Positions 35,801 to 49,700 of a DNA stretch of 64,000 nucleotides are shown here, in pieces. The stretch's first letter is position 1. Each line of letters begins with the position of its first letter. The position numbers and the translations under genes were made by a program. The DNA lies in assembly GCA_021613535.1 (NCBI GenBank), contig CP075492.1:19840001-19904000 (forward strand), read 5' to 3'. This DNA comes from Adineta vaga. Taxonomy: Eukaryota; Animalia; Rotifera. The notes beneath the pieces are model-generated. The model searched no databases. It was given only the letters and a program-made list of their open reading frames with translations, and was not told the DNA's origin.

Positions 35801-38386
35801 TAGAAGACAGTTTTGTAAATTGATGTTTTTGATTGAATCAATCAATTTAATCGTGAAAGGTTCACCTATAAATGAAAAATCAAATGAGTTAAGATGAAGA
35901 AATAACTTCATGTCACATGCTCACCAATACTACAAAGCGATCGAAGATATGCAAAGCCATCAGACATATTACCTTGTTTCACAAAAGCGAAAAAACTCTG
36001 TAATAAACTCGGTACAGCATGCATATATGTGATTTGTTTATTTCGTAAAACTTCATATAAATAATCAAAATCAATTGTTCCTCTTGGATGAAGCATAACC
36101 AATGTGGCACCATGGATTAAAATACCAAGTATTTCTTGAACATGAATATCAAATGAACATCGTGCCATTTGTATAGCTATATCGTATTGATTGAATGAAT
36201 CAATAAAAGTTAAAGAATCGATACATTTAACGAAATTCTCATGTCGAACTTGAGCCTACAAAGAAGAAGATTAAAAACAGTTAAATATTTAAAAAAAAGA
36301 AGGAAACAATTAACAAACCGCTTTTGGTATTCCAGTTGAACCACTTGTAAAGATGATGTAAGCTATGTTATGAGATGTCACTCTTATACTTGATAATTCA
36401 TCAATATCAACATTATTCTCCATATCATTGTTAGTTAATATAGAATCCATATTAACTAAGATAATATTATCATTAAACTTCTCTTTAGTCAATGAATGAA
36501 CAAGAACAAGACGAGATTGAGTTTGTTCTATGAGAGAATATAATCGATGTTGTGGATCTCGTGCTGATAATGGACAATAAACACTACCAATCATTTCAAT
36601 GGCCATTATACCAATAACCTATTCAAGATCAATATTCATTCTCATTCTCATTCTCATTCTCATCAACTACTCACCATTGATATACTTCTCTCGACACATT
36701 GACAAATTATTTCACCTACACAAATATGATATTCATTGAGTAGATTCGAAGATAACAATTGAACATAATACAATAGTTCAGAATATGTCAAAGATTGATC
36801 ATCTAATTCAACAGCTAACTTTTGTGGATATATCTTTGCTTTCGAAGCAAACTCATGATGAATACAATTAGTAGTAGTCGAAGAAGAAGGAAATGATATT
36901 TGTGTTTGATTTAGAGATTGTATTAGAAATTGTTCATTTGGTAACAGTAATGATAACTCATAGATTGATGTCTCTTTTCTAGTAGTATGAATAGATGTCG
37001 ATAAATGATGTAACATTGAATGAAATTGATGTGAAATCTTTTCAATTGTCTTCACATTGAATAAATCAAGAGATGCATTGATTGTGCATGAGAGTTCATT
37101 CATATCTAGATTATGTTGATAACTAACGATAAAATCAAATTTACTCATGATTTCATCTTCACTAATCTTAAGTGACAATGGTACTAAAGAAAGTGGACTA
37201 TCACCAATTCTTATTTCATTATTGTTGTTATATGATATGAATTCAAATGATATGTCGAGAAATGCAGGATGTAATATATTAGGATGTTGATCAAGGATAC
37301 GTTGAAGTGGAAAATATGAATATTTCATACTATTTCTTATCATTTCACTAACATAATCGAGTAGTTGACAAAAAGACCAATGAGAATCTAATTGGCATCG
37401 TAATGGAATAGCATTTACAAACATACCAATCACTGACTTGAGTTCATCTCTATATCGACCATGTGTATTCATTCCAATGCATAGATCATTTTCTCTATTT
37501 GTTAATTTAAATAAGAAGATGTAGTAGATTGCAAGAGATAGATGTTCGATGGAATGATTGTGTGCGGATGCATAGGAAAGAAGATGACGTGAAATATCTT
37601 GACCAAAATCAAAAGAAATGAATGTTCCACGACCTGTTCGATGTTCATTTACAAGACGATATCGATCATATGGTAATGATAAAGATTGATCAAGTTTGCA
37701 ATCATAAAGAGTATCATGCCAAAACAGATTTGCGCCACTCATCGGCATTTGTCGTTCAATAACAGCATCTAGATGAAAAAGAAAGAATCGATGAATTAAG
37801 AAAGAAATAGAGTTTTAGTTACAATCAACATAACGTGGAATAGTATCATCGGTGTTAGATAGTTGACTTGTTGTATATGCTTGATTAAGATCATGAAGAA
37901 ACACATTCATTGATGGAACATCAAAAGTAGCATGATGAAAATTGAAAATAATTACATCTTTGTCAGAGAGAAGATCATTTGAAGAGATGTGTTTGTAGTA
38001 AATAAGATGACATCGAAAGACAAGACCTTGAGCTAGATGAAAAAGTTGAGGATTACGTTTTTCTTCATGTATTATATTAGTGAGTTGTTGATGTGTTTCA
38101 TAAGTGCTTTGAATAAATGTAAATAATGTATTGTTATCATTGTTCGAAGTCATGATTTGTTGCATGAATGAGTTTGTTTCTGTATTAAAGACAAGTGATG
38201 TACGAAGTGATTCATGTTTTGTAAGGATTAGTTGAAGAGCATTGTAGAGTTGTTTAATTGATAGAGTATGTGTTGAGGAGAGACGATAAACAAAAGGCAT
38301 ATTGTAGATTGCTACTTGTGGTTTCTCAGGATCGAAACGAATTCGTTCATCAAGCCAAATACGAGCTTGTGCAAATGATGCTGGTG
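32889..38386 (-). other. NRPS terminal module: C(HHATFDV)-A-T(GGTSL)-Pls-like terminal domain
   Basis: Introns 37769-37822, 36619-36674, 36256-36318, 35866-35924 and 33096-33157. After T come hydrophobic segments alternating with three hexapeptide beta-helix blocks (LCGARV..LQIGDET, WLGAHV..GVPAR, AYGANIG..VTIGDDV..CHTFEQRILK..LVMKND..WKGLPAR). Confidence 0.92.
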
Positions 38387-41300
38387 CTATAACAGTGCAA
38401 CTTTTGTTGAACTTGAACGAAATTCATCCATTAGCACATGTATCCTGAGAGTTTTTCGACTCATATTACAACTCCTCCCTTGAGCTAGCTAAATGGTTCA
38501 CCTAGGTTGCTTTTTTATAGATCAATGTTGTTATGCAGTGAAAAGCAAAAAAGCTTCATATATGAACATGTTCTAGGTTATAACTGTTCAGAAATTTTTG
38601 TCTTTATCAAAAATTGTATACTAAGTTTTGATTTCATTTATTTTCACTATAAACTTATTATATTGGACATTTACAGATTGGTTCTGTTTACACAATTGCT
38701 CGTAAAATTCTCTACAAACAGATTTAGAAATTGTTCATCAAATAATAAAGATGTGAAAGGCTGTATGAAAAATGTTGAGAAACTTTAAAGTCTTCGTTGT
38801 TCAAAAAATTTCATGTTGAAATGATTTCTTATGATGTAAAAGTTAAACAGAAAAGTATTCAAGTTTAACTATAGAAGAATCGGAACTACAAGCAGAAGAT
38901 AACATTTTTCACGCACGACGAAATGATCACTAATCGACTGTCTTGTCCTATACTTTCCAGTTTCTTATTTTTTCCTTACTCTAAGGCAAGAGTCTTTTCG
39001 ACTGAAAAGTAAAAACAATCTTCATTGGAGTTCAGGATGACACGAACTTCGTCTAATCAATCAGAAATAAAAGAATCAGAGGAGAATTGTAAGATATTCA
39101 AAATATACTTTAAGTTCAGAAAAGAGTCTTTTTCTTTTCTTTCAAAAAAAAGTTTACTTGATAATTATGAAAAGCCAGAAGCTGGAAAAAATATAAGATA
39201 TATGGAACTTCTTAGTGTTCAGACAAGATTCTCGTCATAGGAAAGAAAACGATTCTTGTCAGTTTTCCAAGATAAACAGCACGTAATTTTGCCATTGTGT
39301 AATTATATATATAAAGGAGTACTTGAATATTGTTTATTGATTACTAATATGATAGTTAGTATAATGTCGCTTTGAATTTGTGCTTTTCCTAAAATGTTCA
39401 TCTCGTTCACACGACATTTGACAACTCTTTATTTCAGCTCGATGCAGAGGAAATAACTGAAGATATAATAGCCATCTTTTTCCGAAAAACTACACTTTTA
39501 TTGAACACATTTCAGTATTCTACTAATCAATATCTTTCTATTTATTCTAGTTTTTTAGATTTTTTTCATCAACTGCAAAAGTCTTCTATGGACAGACGAA
39601 GGATACTTCGATGATTTGTTCAAAAAATTATTGTTTGACAATGCTCTTACAAGAGAACTTTCCCAGATACCCATTCGCTTTTGAATCGGGACTTAGCGCA
39701 TCTCATAGATTTTAATGAGTTATGCTTACCATAAAAAAGTTCGTGCCACTAGCTTGTCCCTGAGGAGATCGAACGTTTTCACTATCACTGCCGTAAGGAT
39801 AATTCGATCAGAGAAAATCACTAACTCAATCAATATGAATTGAAATGAGTTGAGACTTTACACACGTATAATCATATTTTCGTGGCAGATGACATGAAGT
39901 TTGAATTCAAGTTAACTTAACAAGACCAACTATTGCAGATATTAGCGTGATTTTAATCTCATTGGTTTTATTACTACTTAAAATAGCAAGACAAATAAAG
40001 GAAATTGTTAGAATAGTGAACATAAATATCACAAGACAAATTCGGATGCTGTAGAGTTGTAGATTTTCTCGTACCTTGATGTTTGCATCGAAACTTATAT
40101 TATAAATTAAATATTCAGAGATTTCGTTCGTGTACAAAATCATAACATCTGATGAATAATAAATAATGAATCGAGCATGCGCATTCAGTTGAATTTTTAT
40201 TACGTGAACAAAAAGATAATAGTGTGCACTCTTATACGAAAACGATTTCAATTGCATCTAACCAAAATGACAGATGCATCGGTTATATCTTCTTTTCTCT
40301 TTGTAAGATTTTCTCAATCTGTTATATCCACGAACTCCAATGTTTCGAATGTATCAATTTATGAACAAGAAATTGCTAATCATCGTCCTGGGGTGTTGAA
40401 TTCGATTATCCACCACCATTTATTTTGTATAGAAAGTGAAAGTTCACTTGATCTTATCTCAAATGAAATATTGGAAGAAGACATTGACCAGTATGCTGAT
40501 GATGATAATGTTAAATTGGATTTAGATTTTACTGACACTGACAACGATGCATATGGTGCTTCTCTGCAAAACTTTTCTCCTGATTACATAAAAAAGTCAC
40601 AGGCTATGGCGATGCGAAGGATCCGGGGACGCAAAAAGCGTCTTCGATCGTGGAAGTATGTAAAACGTTGATTTCGACGTGTTTATACATGTGTAAAGTC
40701 TTAATTCATTTAGGTAATATATACATGTACTGAATACCTTGTTGACTCACATATCATCCATTTTTAGAGTTACGATTACGTGCACGTAAACAAGACCAAC
40801 TCTAGCGCATCGAAACGAAAATTTCGTGTTTTTTTATTATGTGTCTAAAATTGTTAAGCTGCAATAGGTACATGTGAAATTAAGCATAATTATCTTGTTT
40901 CTTTTACAATTTTTTCAAACTTTGCTCCGAAAATTCATAATAAAATACGACGAAAAAGGTGCTAATAATAGCTTATAAAAAGCTTTATCAATCTAGCGCA
41001 AATCAGGTAAGACAACAACAAATAAGATTGAGACAAGAAACCAAGATTTGGTATACATGAATCTTGTCAGACAGACAAAGTCAGTTTTTTTAGGCAAGAA
41101 TCTCTTATAGAAGGAATGGAAGAAGAATCTTGTTTGAAATCGAGGAAAACAAGAATTTGAAAAGAAAAGGACAAGACGACCGATTAGTGTATAGTTAGAG
41201 CACCTGTCATAGTCTATGCGTGAGAGAAACAGACTGAAAATGAATACAAATTCCTACTTATATACGCTTCAACACTGTTTTTATATCATGCTTCACAAAA

Positions 41301-44300
41301 CGATATTCATACATTTTTCTCTCATATAACATATGTAATAAATATAAAAAAGATATACCTTCGTATGTGATATTTGGTTGACGACAAAGAACTATCTGGT
41401 GCAATTCATTTACTTCATCCGGCAAAATAAGACTAAGTTTGGTCACAGGTGAAATAATTAAATCAGTCTGATTGACATCGAAATCCATTGAAAAAAGTTG
41501 TTCGAAAAAATATTGAAATCTTTGACCAATTTTTGCAATTGTCGTATCTTCAAATAGATCACGTGAACAAATAAGATGACATGATAATATATTATCATCC
41601 GATGTTGAATTATAAACAAATCTCAACAAGAAGTCAAATTTAGCGGCTTCAAATAATTTTTCTAATAGCACTGGTTTTAAACTGACATCATCAAAAGAGA
41701 ACTGATTGATACTTGAGAATATAGTCATAAGATCAAAAGATATTTGAAGAAAAGGAACTGTTGATTGATTAAGATGCAAATCAGTAAGAATATTTTGTAA
41801 TGGATAATGAGAATGTTCAAGTATTGATAAACATTTTTCTCGTACATGTTTCACAAGTTCATTAAATGACCAATGTGTATTAAGTTGAATACGATATGGT
41901 AATGTTGACACAAACATTCCCATCATATTTTGTAATTCAGTTCTGTATCGATTAGCATTAAGACAAGTGACACATAAATCATTTTGATCATGAGTTAATT
42001 TGAACAAAAAAGAATAAAATATAGCTAGACCTAATTGAAATGGTGTTACATCATGTATAGAAGCATAATCAAGAAATGAAGTCGAAATCTGTCTATCGAA
42101 AGAAATTTGAGCGGTAGAAGCAAAACCAGATCGTTGATCATTAGATGTATAATGTTGATCAACTGGTAATGATAATCGATGTTCCAAATTATATCCTTCA
42201 AATTGCAAATACCAAAATTCATGTGATGATGTCATATCTATATTACGTTCGTGGACTGTATAATCAATATATTGTAATGATTCTTCATCTTCAATCATTA
42301 TCGTATTGCTGTTATATGCGACACATAAATCATTAAAAAAAATTTGACGAGAAGATCGATCAGTTGCTGCATGATGAAATGCTAATAAAAGAATATCAGA
42401 GCCTGTGATAAATTCATTGCTATCCACTTCTTTATTCGACATCATTTGCTGTCGAAGTATTTGACAATGAAAAACACGACCAATTGATAAATCAAATAGA
42501 GAAGGATTAATAGTTATTTCATTAATAATATCGTGAAGTTCATTTTCATCTTTGAATTTTACAACGGTATTCATTATGAATGCTTGATGATTTTCCATAA
42601 TCTCTTGTTTTAGAGTGCCATTATCGTTATTAAAATTAACCGATGTACGTAATATTTTATGTTTATATAAAACATATCGAAGAGCTTGTAATAGACGACT
42701 AATCAACATCGATCCTTCAACTACCCGCAGAACAGACAGCTCATTGTAGATACCAATTTTACGAGAAAAACGCACTTGTTCATCAAGAAAAATACGTTCT
42801 TGAGCGAAAGATGCAATACCTTGAAATTTAAAAATAATTATTACAACTTTTTTCGAATATTAAACTTATAGATTCCTAACCTCGATCAATATGTAATGTA
42901 CGCCATTCTGCTGATTTCATTTGGTGAATTGAAACAGATTGAAGTAATTGTGAATGCTGAACAATTGTTGGTTGTAGAAGAAACAGCCCAATGGAAAGCT
43001 TACGAGTGTCAAAACCGAATGATGATTGATAACGATGATAAAGTTCAATAAACAAAAGTGAATGACCACCAATACTAAAAAAACTGACAACCGTCGAAAC
43101 TTGTTTTTCTTTGTATCCAAGAACCTGACGCCAAATATCACATATACGTTCCTCTACTTCATTTTGCGGTACATTAAGTTCCTTTGAGGTCGACATAGTC
43201 GATGATCCTAAGTTAGGAGAAGGAAGAACTTTCCGATCTATTTTACCATTTGAATTCAATGGTAGTTTGTCAAGTATCATGAATATTGATGGAATCATGT
43301 GTGATGGTAAATATGATTGACAATGTTGACGTAATTGTGTTTCATTCATATTATCAGAACTTTGAACATAAGCAATTAAATGATCATCACCCCATTTCAT
43401 CACAATACACACAGAAATAGATGATATGTTAAGTAAACATCGTTCTATTTCACCAAGTTCAATACGTTGTCCATGTAATTTGATTTGATGATCTTTTCTT
43501 CCTTGATAATGAAGAAGACCATTACTATCCCTTTTGACGAGATCACCTGTTCGATAATATATTTCACTATCGATTTCAATAAATGCTTTTGATGTCAAAT
43601 CATCACGTCCAAGATAGCCAGCAAAGACACCAACTCCTCCTACAAACAATTCAGCTTCTTCATTGATCATCACATTTTGAAAGAATTCATCTAGAACTAG
43701 AGTTCGATAATTTGCAAGGGGTGCACCTATGGGAATGCTCTGTATATTGGATGATATGTTGATATCATAGAATGTACAGTCAATAGTTGCTTCCGCTGGT
43801 CCATATAGATTCCATAGAAGACAGTTTTGTAAATTGATGTTTCTGATTGAATCGATCAATTTAATCGTGAAAGGTTCACCTATAAATGAAAAATCAAATG
43901 AGTTAAGATGAAGAAATAACTTCATGTTACATGCTCACCACTACTGCAAAGTGATCGAAGATATGCAAAGCCATCAAACATATTACCTTGTTTCACAAAA
44001 GCGAAAAAACTCTGTAATAAACTCGGTACAGCATGCATATATGTGATTTGTTTATTTCGTAAAACTTCATATAAATAATCAAAATCAATTGTTCCTCTTG
44101 GATGAAGCATAACCAATGTGGCACCATGGATTAAAATACCAAGTATTTCTTGAACATGAATATCAAATGAACATCGTGCCATTTGTATAGCTATATCGTA
44201 TTGATTGAATGAATCAATAAAAGTTAAAGAATCGATACATTTAACGAAATTCTCATGTCGAACTTGAGCCTACAAAGAAGAAGAGTAAAAACAGTTAAAT

Positions 44301-46744
44301 ATTTAAAAAAAAGAAGGAAACAATTAACAAACCGCTTTTGGTATTCCAGTTGAACCACTTGTAAAGATGATGTAAGCTATGTTATGAGATGTCACTCTTA
44401 TACTTGATAATTCATCAATATCAACATTATTCTCCATATCATTGTTAGTTAATATAGAATCCATATTAACTAAGATAATATTATCATTAAACTTCTCTTT
44501 AGTCAATGAATGAACAAGAACAAGACGAGATTGAGTTTGTTCTATGAGAGAATATAATCGATGTTGTGGATCTCGTGCTGATAATGGACAATAAACACTA
44601 CCAATCATTTCAATGGCCATTATACCAATAACCTATTCAAGATCAATATTCATTCTCATTCTCATTCTCATTCTCATCAACTACTCACCATTGATATACT
44701 TCTCTCGACACATTGACAAATTATTTCACCTACACAAATATGATATTCATTGAGTAGATTCGAAGATAACAATTGAACATAATACAATAGTTCAGAATAT
44801 GTCAAAGATTGATCATCTAATTCAACAGCTAACTTTTGTGGATATATCTTTGCTTTCGAAGCAAACTCATGATGAATACAATTAGTAGTAGTCGAAGAAG
44901 AAGGAAATGATATTTGTGTTTGATTTAGAGATTGTATTAGAAATTGTTCATTTGGTAACAGTAATGATAACTCATAGATTGATGTCTCTTTTCTAGTAGT
45001 ATGAATAGATGTCGATAAATGATGTAACATTGAATGAAATTGATGTGAAATCTTTTCAATTGTCTTCACATTGAATAAATCAAGAGATGCATTGATTGTG
45101 CATGAGAGTTCATTCATATCTAGATTATGTTGATAACTAACGATAAAATCAAATTTACTCATGATTTCATCTTCACTAATCTTAAGTGACAATGGTACTA
45201 AAGAAAGTGGACTATCACCAATTCTTATTTCATTATTGTTGTTATATGATATGAATTCAAATGATATGTCGAGAAATGCAGGATGTAATATATTAGGATG
45301 TTGATCAAGGATACGTTGAAGTGGAAAATATGAATATTTCATACTATTTCTTATCATTTCACTAACATAATCGAGTAGTTGACAAAAAGACCAATGAGAA
45401 TCTAATTGGCATCGTAATGGAATAGCATTTACAAACATACCAATCACTGACTTGAGTTCATCTCTATATCGACCATGTGTATTCATTCCAATGCATAGAT
45501 CATTTTCTCTATTTGTTAATTTAAATAAGAAGATGTAGTAGATTGCAAGAGATAGATGTTCGATGGAATGATTGTGTGCGGATGCATAGGAAAGAAGATG
45601 ACGTGAAATATCTTGACCAAAATCAAAAGAAATGAATGTTCCACGACCTGTTCGATGTTCATTTACAAGACGATATCGATCATATGGTAATGATAAAGAT
45701 TGATCAAGTTTGCAATCATAAAGAGTATCATGCCAAAACAGATTTGCGCCACTCATCGGCATTTGTCGTTCAATAACAGCATCTAGATGAAAAAGAAAGA
45801 ATCGATGAATTAAGAAAGAAATAGAGTTTTAGTTACAATCAACATAACGTGGAATAGTATCATCGGTGTTAGATAGTTGACTTGTTGTATATGCTTGATT
45901 AAGATCATGAAGAAACACATTCATTGATGGAACATCAAAAGTAGCATGATGAAAATTGAAAATAATTACATCTTTGTCAGAGAGAAGATCATTTGAAGAG
46001 ATGTGTTTGTAGTAAATAAGATGACATCGAAAGACAAGACCTTGAGCTAGATGAAAAAGTTGAGGATTACGTTTTTCTTCATGTATTATATTAGTGAGTT
46101 GTTGATGTGTTTCATAAGTGCTTTGAATAAATGTAAATAATGTATTGTTATCATTGTTCGAAGTCATGATTTGTTGCATGAATGAGTTTGTTTCTGTATT
46201 AAAGACAAGTGATGTACGAAGTGATTCATGTTTTGTAAGGATTAGTTGAAGAGCATTGTAGAGTTGTTTAATTGATAGAGTATGTGTTGAGGAGAGACGA
46301 TAAACAAAAGGCATATTGTAGATTGCTACTTGTGGTTTCTCAGGATCGAAACGAATTCGTTCATCAAGCCAAATACGAGCTTGTGCAAATGATGCCGGTG
46401 CTACAATAAGCAGAATAGAGACGAGAATAACTAATGATAATGTCAATTATCAAATCATGTCTCCTGTTAGTATTGTCATCATTTTTCATGGTATCATCGT
46501 TCTGAGTGTAAAAGTATATTCTTATTAACTGCATAATACTAATCTTCTTTTTCTTGCTTCGTTGCGAAACTGATTGTTACTAGAAAACATCACTTTTGTT
46601 CAAGTATGTCTTTTTTCGCTATCGCAAAACAGCTTCTCTACAGATTGTGAGAAAACTATTCAAAATGAACGATGTATAATATCAATCCTTTCAGACCAGT
46701 AGTATCAAAAATGCTACACATGTTCAGTCATTCGATTTCCAAGA

Positions 46745-46780
<36 letters not shown>

Positions 46781-49700
46781 TGCCTCATCAGGATAATAAA
46801 AACAGTAGAAAATATTTATACTTCTTCTTGTCCAGTCTCTAAGTTAAACAAATAATCATACCTTCATCAGTAATATTGTCTAATCTATGGAAGATTATTG
46901 ATTTCATTTGTTCAGCTTCTTCTGGTAGAATAAGAGAGAGTTTGTTAATCGATGTCTTAGACTCATGCATCGTAGTATCACGAGACTTCGTCTGAAAAAG
47001 TTGTTCGAGGAAATATTGAAATCTTTGAGCAATTTTTGTCACTGTTCTTCTCTCAAAAAGATCATATGAGCAAACAAATGCACATGACAACTCATTAACA
47101 ATCGATGTCGACTTGTTCAAAAAATGCAATGAAAAGTCAAATTTCGCCACTTGATATGATTGTTCTAGTGACACTTTCTCCAAATCTACGCCATTCATAC
47201 ATAACTCATTGACATCTTCTGATTCAGTGATAAAGTCAAACATTGTTTCAAGAAATGAAGCATTTGATTGATTAACATGTAGGTCACTAAGAATATGTTG
47301 AAGTGGATAATGAGAATGTTCAAGTATTGATAAACATTTCTCTTGTACATATGTAACAACTTCATTGAATGACCAATGATGATCAAGTTGAATACGATAT
47401 GGTAATGTTGACACAAACATTCCTATCACATTGATGATTTCACTTCGATATCGATTAGCATTTATACTAGCAATACATATATCATTTTCATGATGAGTTA
47501 ATTTGAATAGAAAGACATAAAATATCGAGAGTCCAAGTTGAAAAAGTGTCAGATGATGTGATGAGGCATAATTTAGAAATGATGTACATATATCATCATC
47601 AAAAGTAATTTCAACAGTAGAAGCTAAGCCTGTTCGTTGATTCGTTGATAAACGAGATCGATCAATTGGTAATAATAATTGATGATCAAGATTATATCCT
47701 TTGAGCTCTGATCGCCAGAAGTGTTGAGATAATGTCATATCCATAATATGTTCATGAATAGAATAATCAACATATTGAAAGGAATGATCATCATCTATAG
47801 GTAATAAATCATCAGTCTGATAGGCAAGAGAAAGATCACGAATAAAGATTAATGTAGATGCACCATCAAAAAATGCATGATGAATAGTAAATAATATTAA
47901 ATCATCTGCATTCAATAAATCATCATCATTGTTAGTTAACAAAGCATCAGATCGATAATGGCGAAGAATATGACAATTAATAACATGTCCTTTCGATAGA
48001 TCAAATAAATCAGATTGATTTAATATTCTTTTCACAATTTCACTCTTTTCACTATTCACTTCTTCAAGATTTATCACAATAAAACTACATGATTTCACAT
48101 TATCAATAAGAACATTTTCATCTAAACAATGTTGTATAATAATACCATTTGTATCAACATCAAGTGATGTTCGAAGAATATTATGTTTTCTTATGACAGA
48201 TTCAAATGCATGTTGTAATCGTGCAATCGATATATGATCATTATTAGATGAAATACTAAAAAGTAATGGAATAACATACATGTTCTGATTATTATTATTG
48301 TTGTTGTTCGTAGATGAAAAACGAATTTGTTCATCTAAGAAAATACGTTCTTGTGCATAGGATGCTTTTGCTATAAACAATAAATTACAAAATATAAAAA
48401 AATATAGTTAGAAAATAAGCACTCTATACCTCTAACGAGATGTAATGAAGACCAATGATAATTATCGATAGTGAGATTAATATGCATTATATGATGAATT
48501 AGTTGAGCATGATTCATGATGGTTGGATGTTGAAATAAATCAGAAATAGAAAGAGAATTTGTTTCTAAATTAAATTCTATTTTATAACGATGAAATAGTT
48601 GCATCATAAGTAATGAATGACCACCAATAGTAAATATATTTGTATTGATTGAGATTTGTTCGTGTTTGAGTATATCACACCAAATATGATGAATAAGAAG
48701 TTCGATTTCATTTGTTGGTTGTGTCAGTTGGATATCATTTGTGAGATGTGTCGATGGTAGATGAGAAAAGTTAGGTGAAGGAAGAAGTTTCCGATCTATT
48801 TTACCATTTGAATTCAATGGTAGTTTGTCAAGTATCATGAATATTGATGGAATCATGTGTGATGGTAAATATGATTGACAATGTTGACGTAATTGTGTTT
48901 CATTCATATTATCAGAACTTTGAACATAAGCAATTAAATGATCATCACCCCATTTCATCACAATACACACAGAAATAGATGATATGTTAAGTAAACATCG
49001 TTCTATTTCACCAAGTTCAATACGTTGTCCATGTAATTTGATTTGATGATCTTTTCTTCCTTGATAATGAAGAAGACCATTACTATCCCTTTTGACGAGA
49101 TCACCTGTTCGATAATATATTTCACTATCGATTTCAATAAATGCTTTTGATGTCAAATCATCACGTCCAAGATAGCCAGCAAAGACACCAACTCCTCCTA
49201 CAAACAATTCAGCTTCTTCATTGATCATCACATTTTGAAAGAATTCATCTAGAACTAGAGTTCGATAATTTGCAAGGGGTGCACCTATGGGAATGCTCTG
49301 TATATTGGATGATATGTTGATATCATAGAATGTGCAAGTAATAGTTGTTTCAGCGGGTCCGTACATGTTGCATAGCCGACAGGTGGCTGTTATAATACTG
49401 GAAATTAAGTTTATGAGTTTTTTAGAAAACGGTTCACCTTGAAAAAATGAAATATTTTGTATAATGAGACTTTTCACATAAAAATCACATACCACCGGTC
49501 AAAATTGCTCGCAGCCATTGTATAGCATCCATTCGATTCGACGATTGTATAAAGTCAAAGAAATTATAAAGTACAGTTGGAACAGTACTGAGAGATGTAA
49601 TACTCTTGTCTTTCATAACTGTAGCAAGATAGTCAAAGTCTAAATTTCCTTTCGGATGGAGCATAACTAATGTGGCACCATTGATTAAAATACCAAGTAT

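Noticed and set aside
39759-39790. CTGAGGA resembling a second hammerhead core
   Set aside because: No stem II followed by GAAA and no closing stems.
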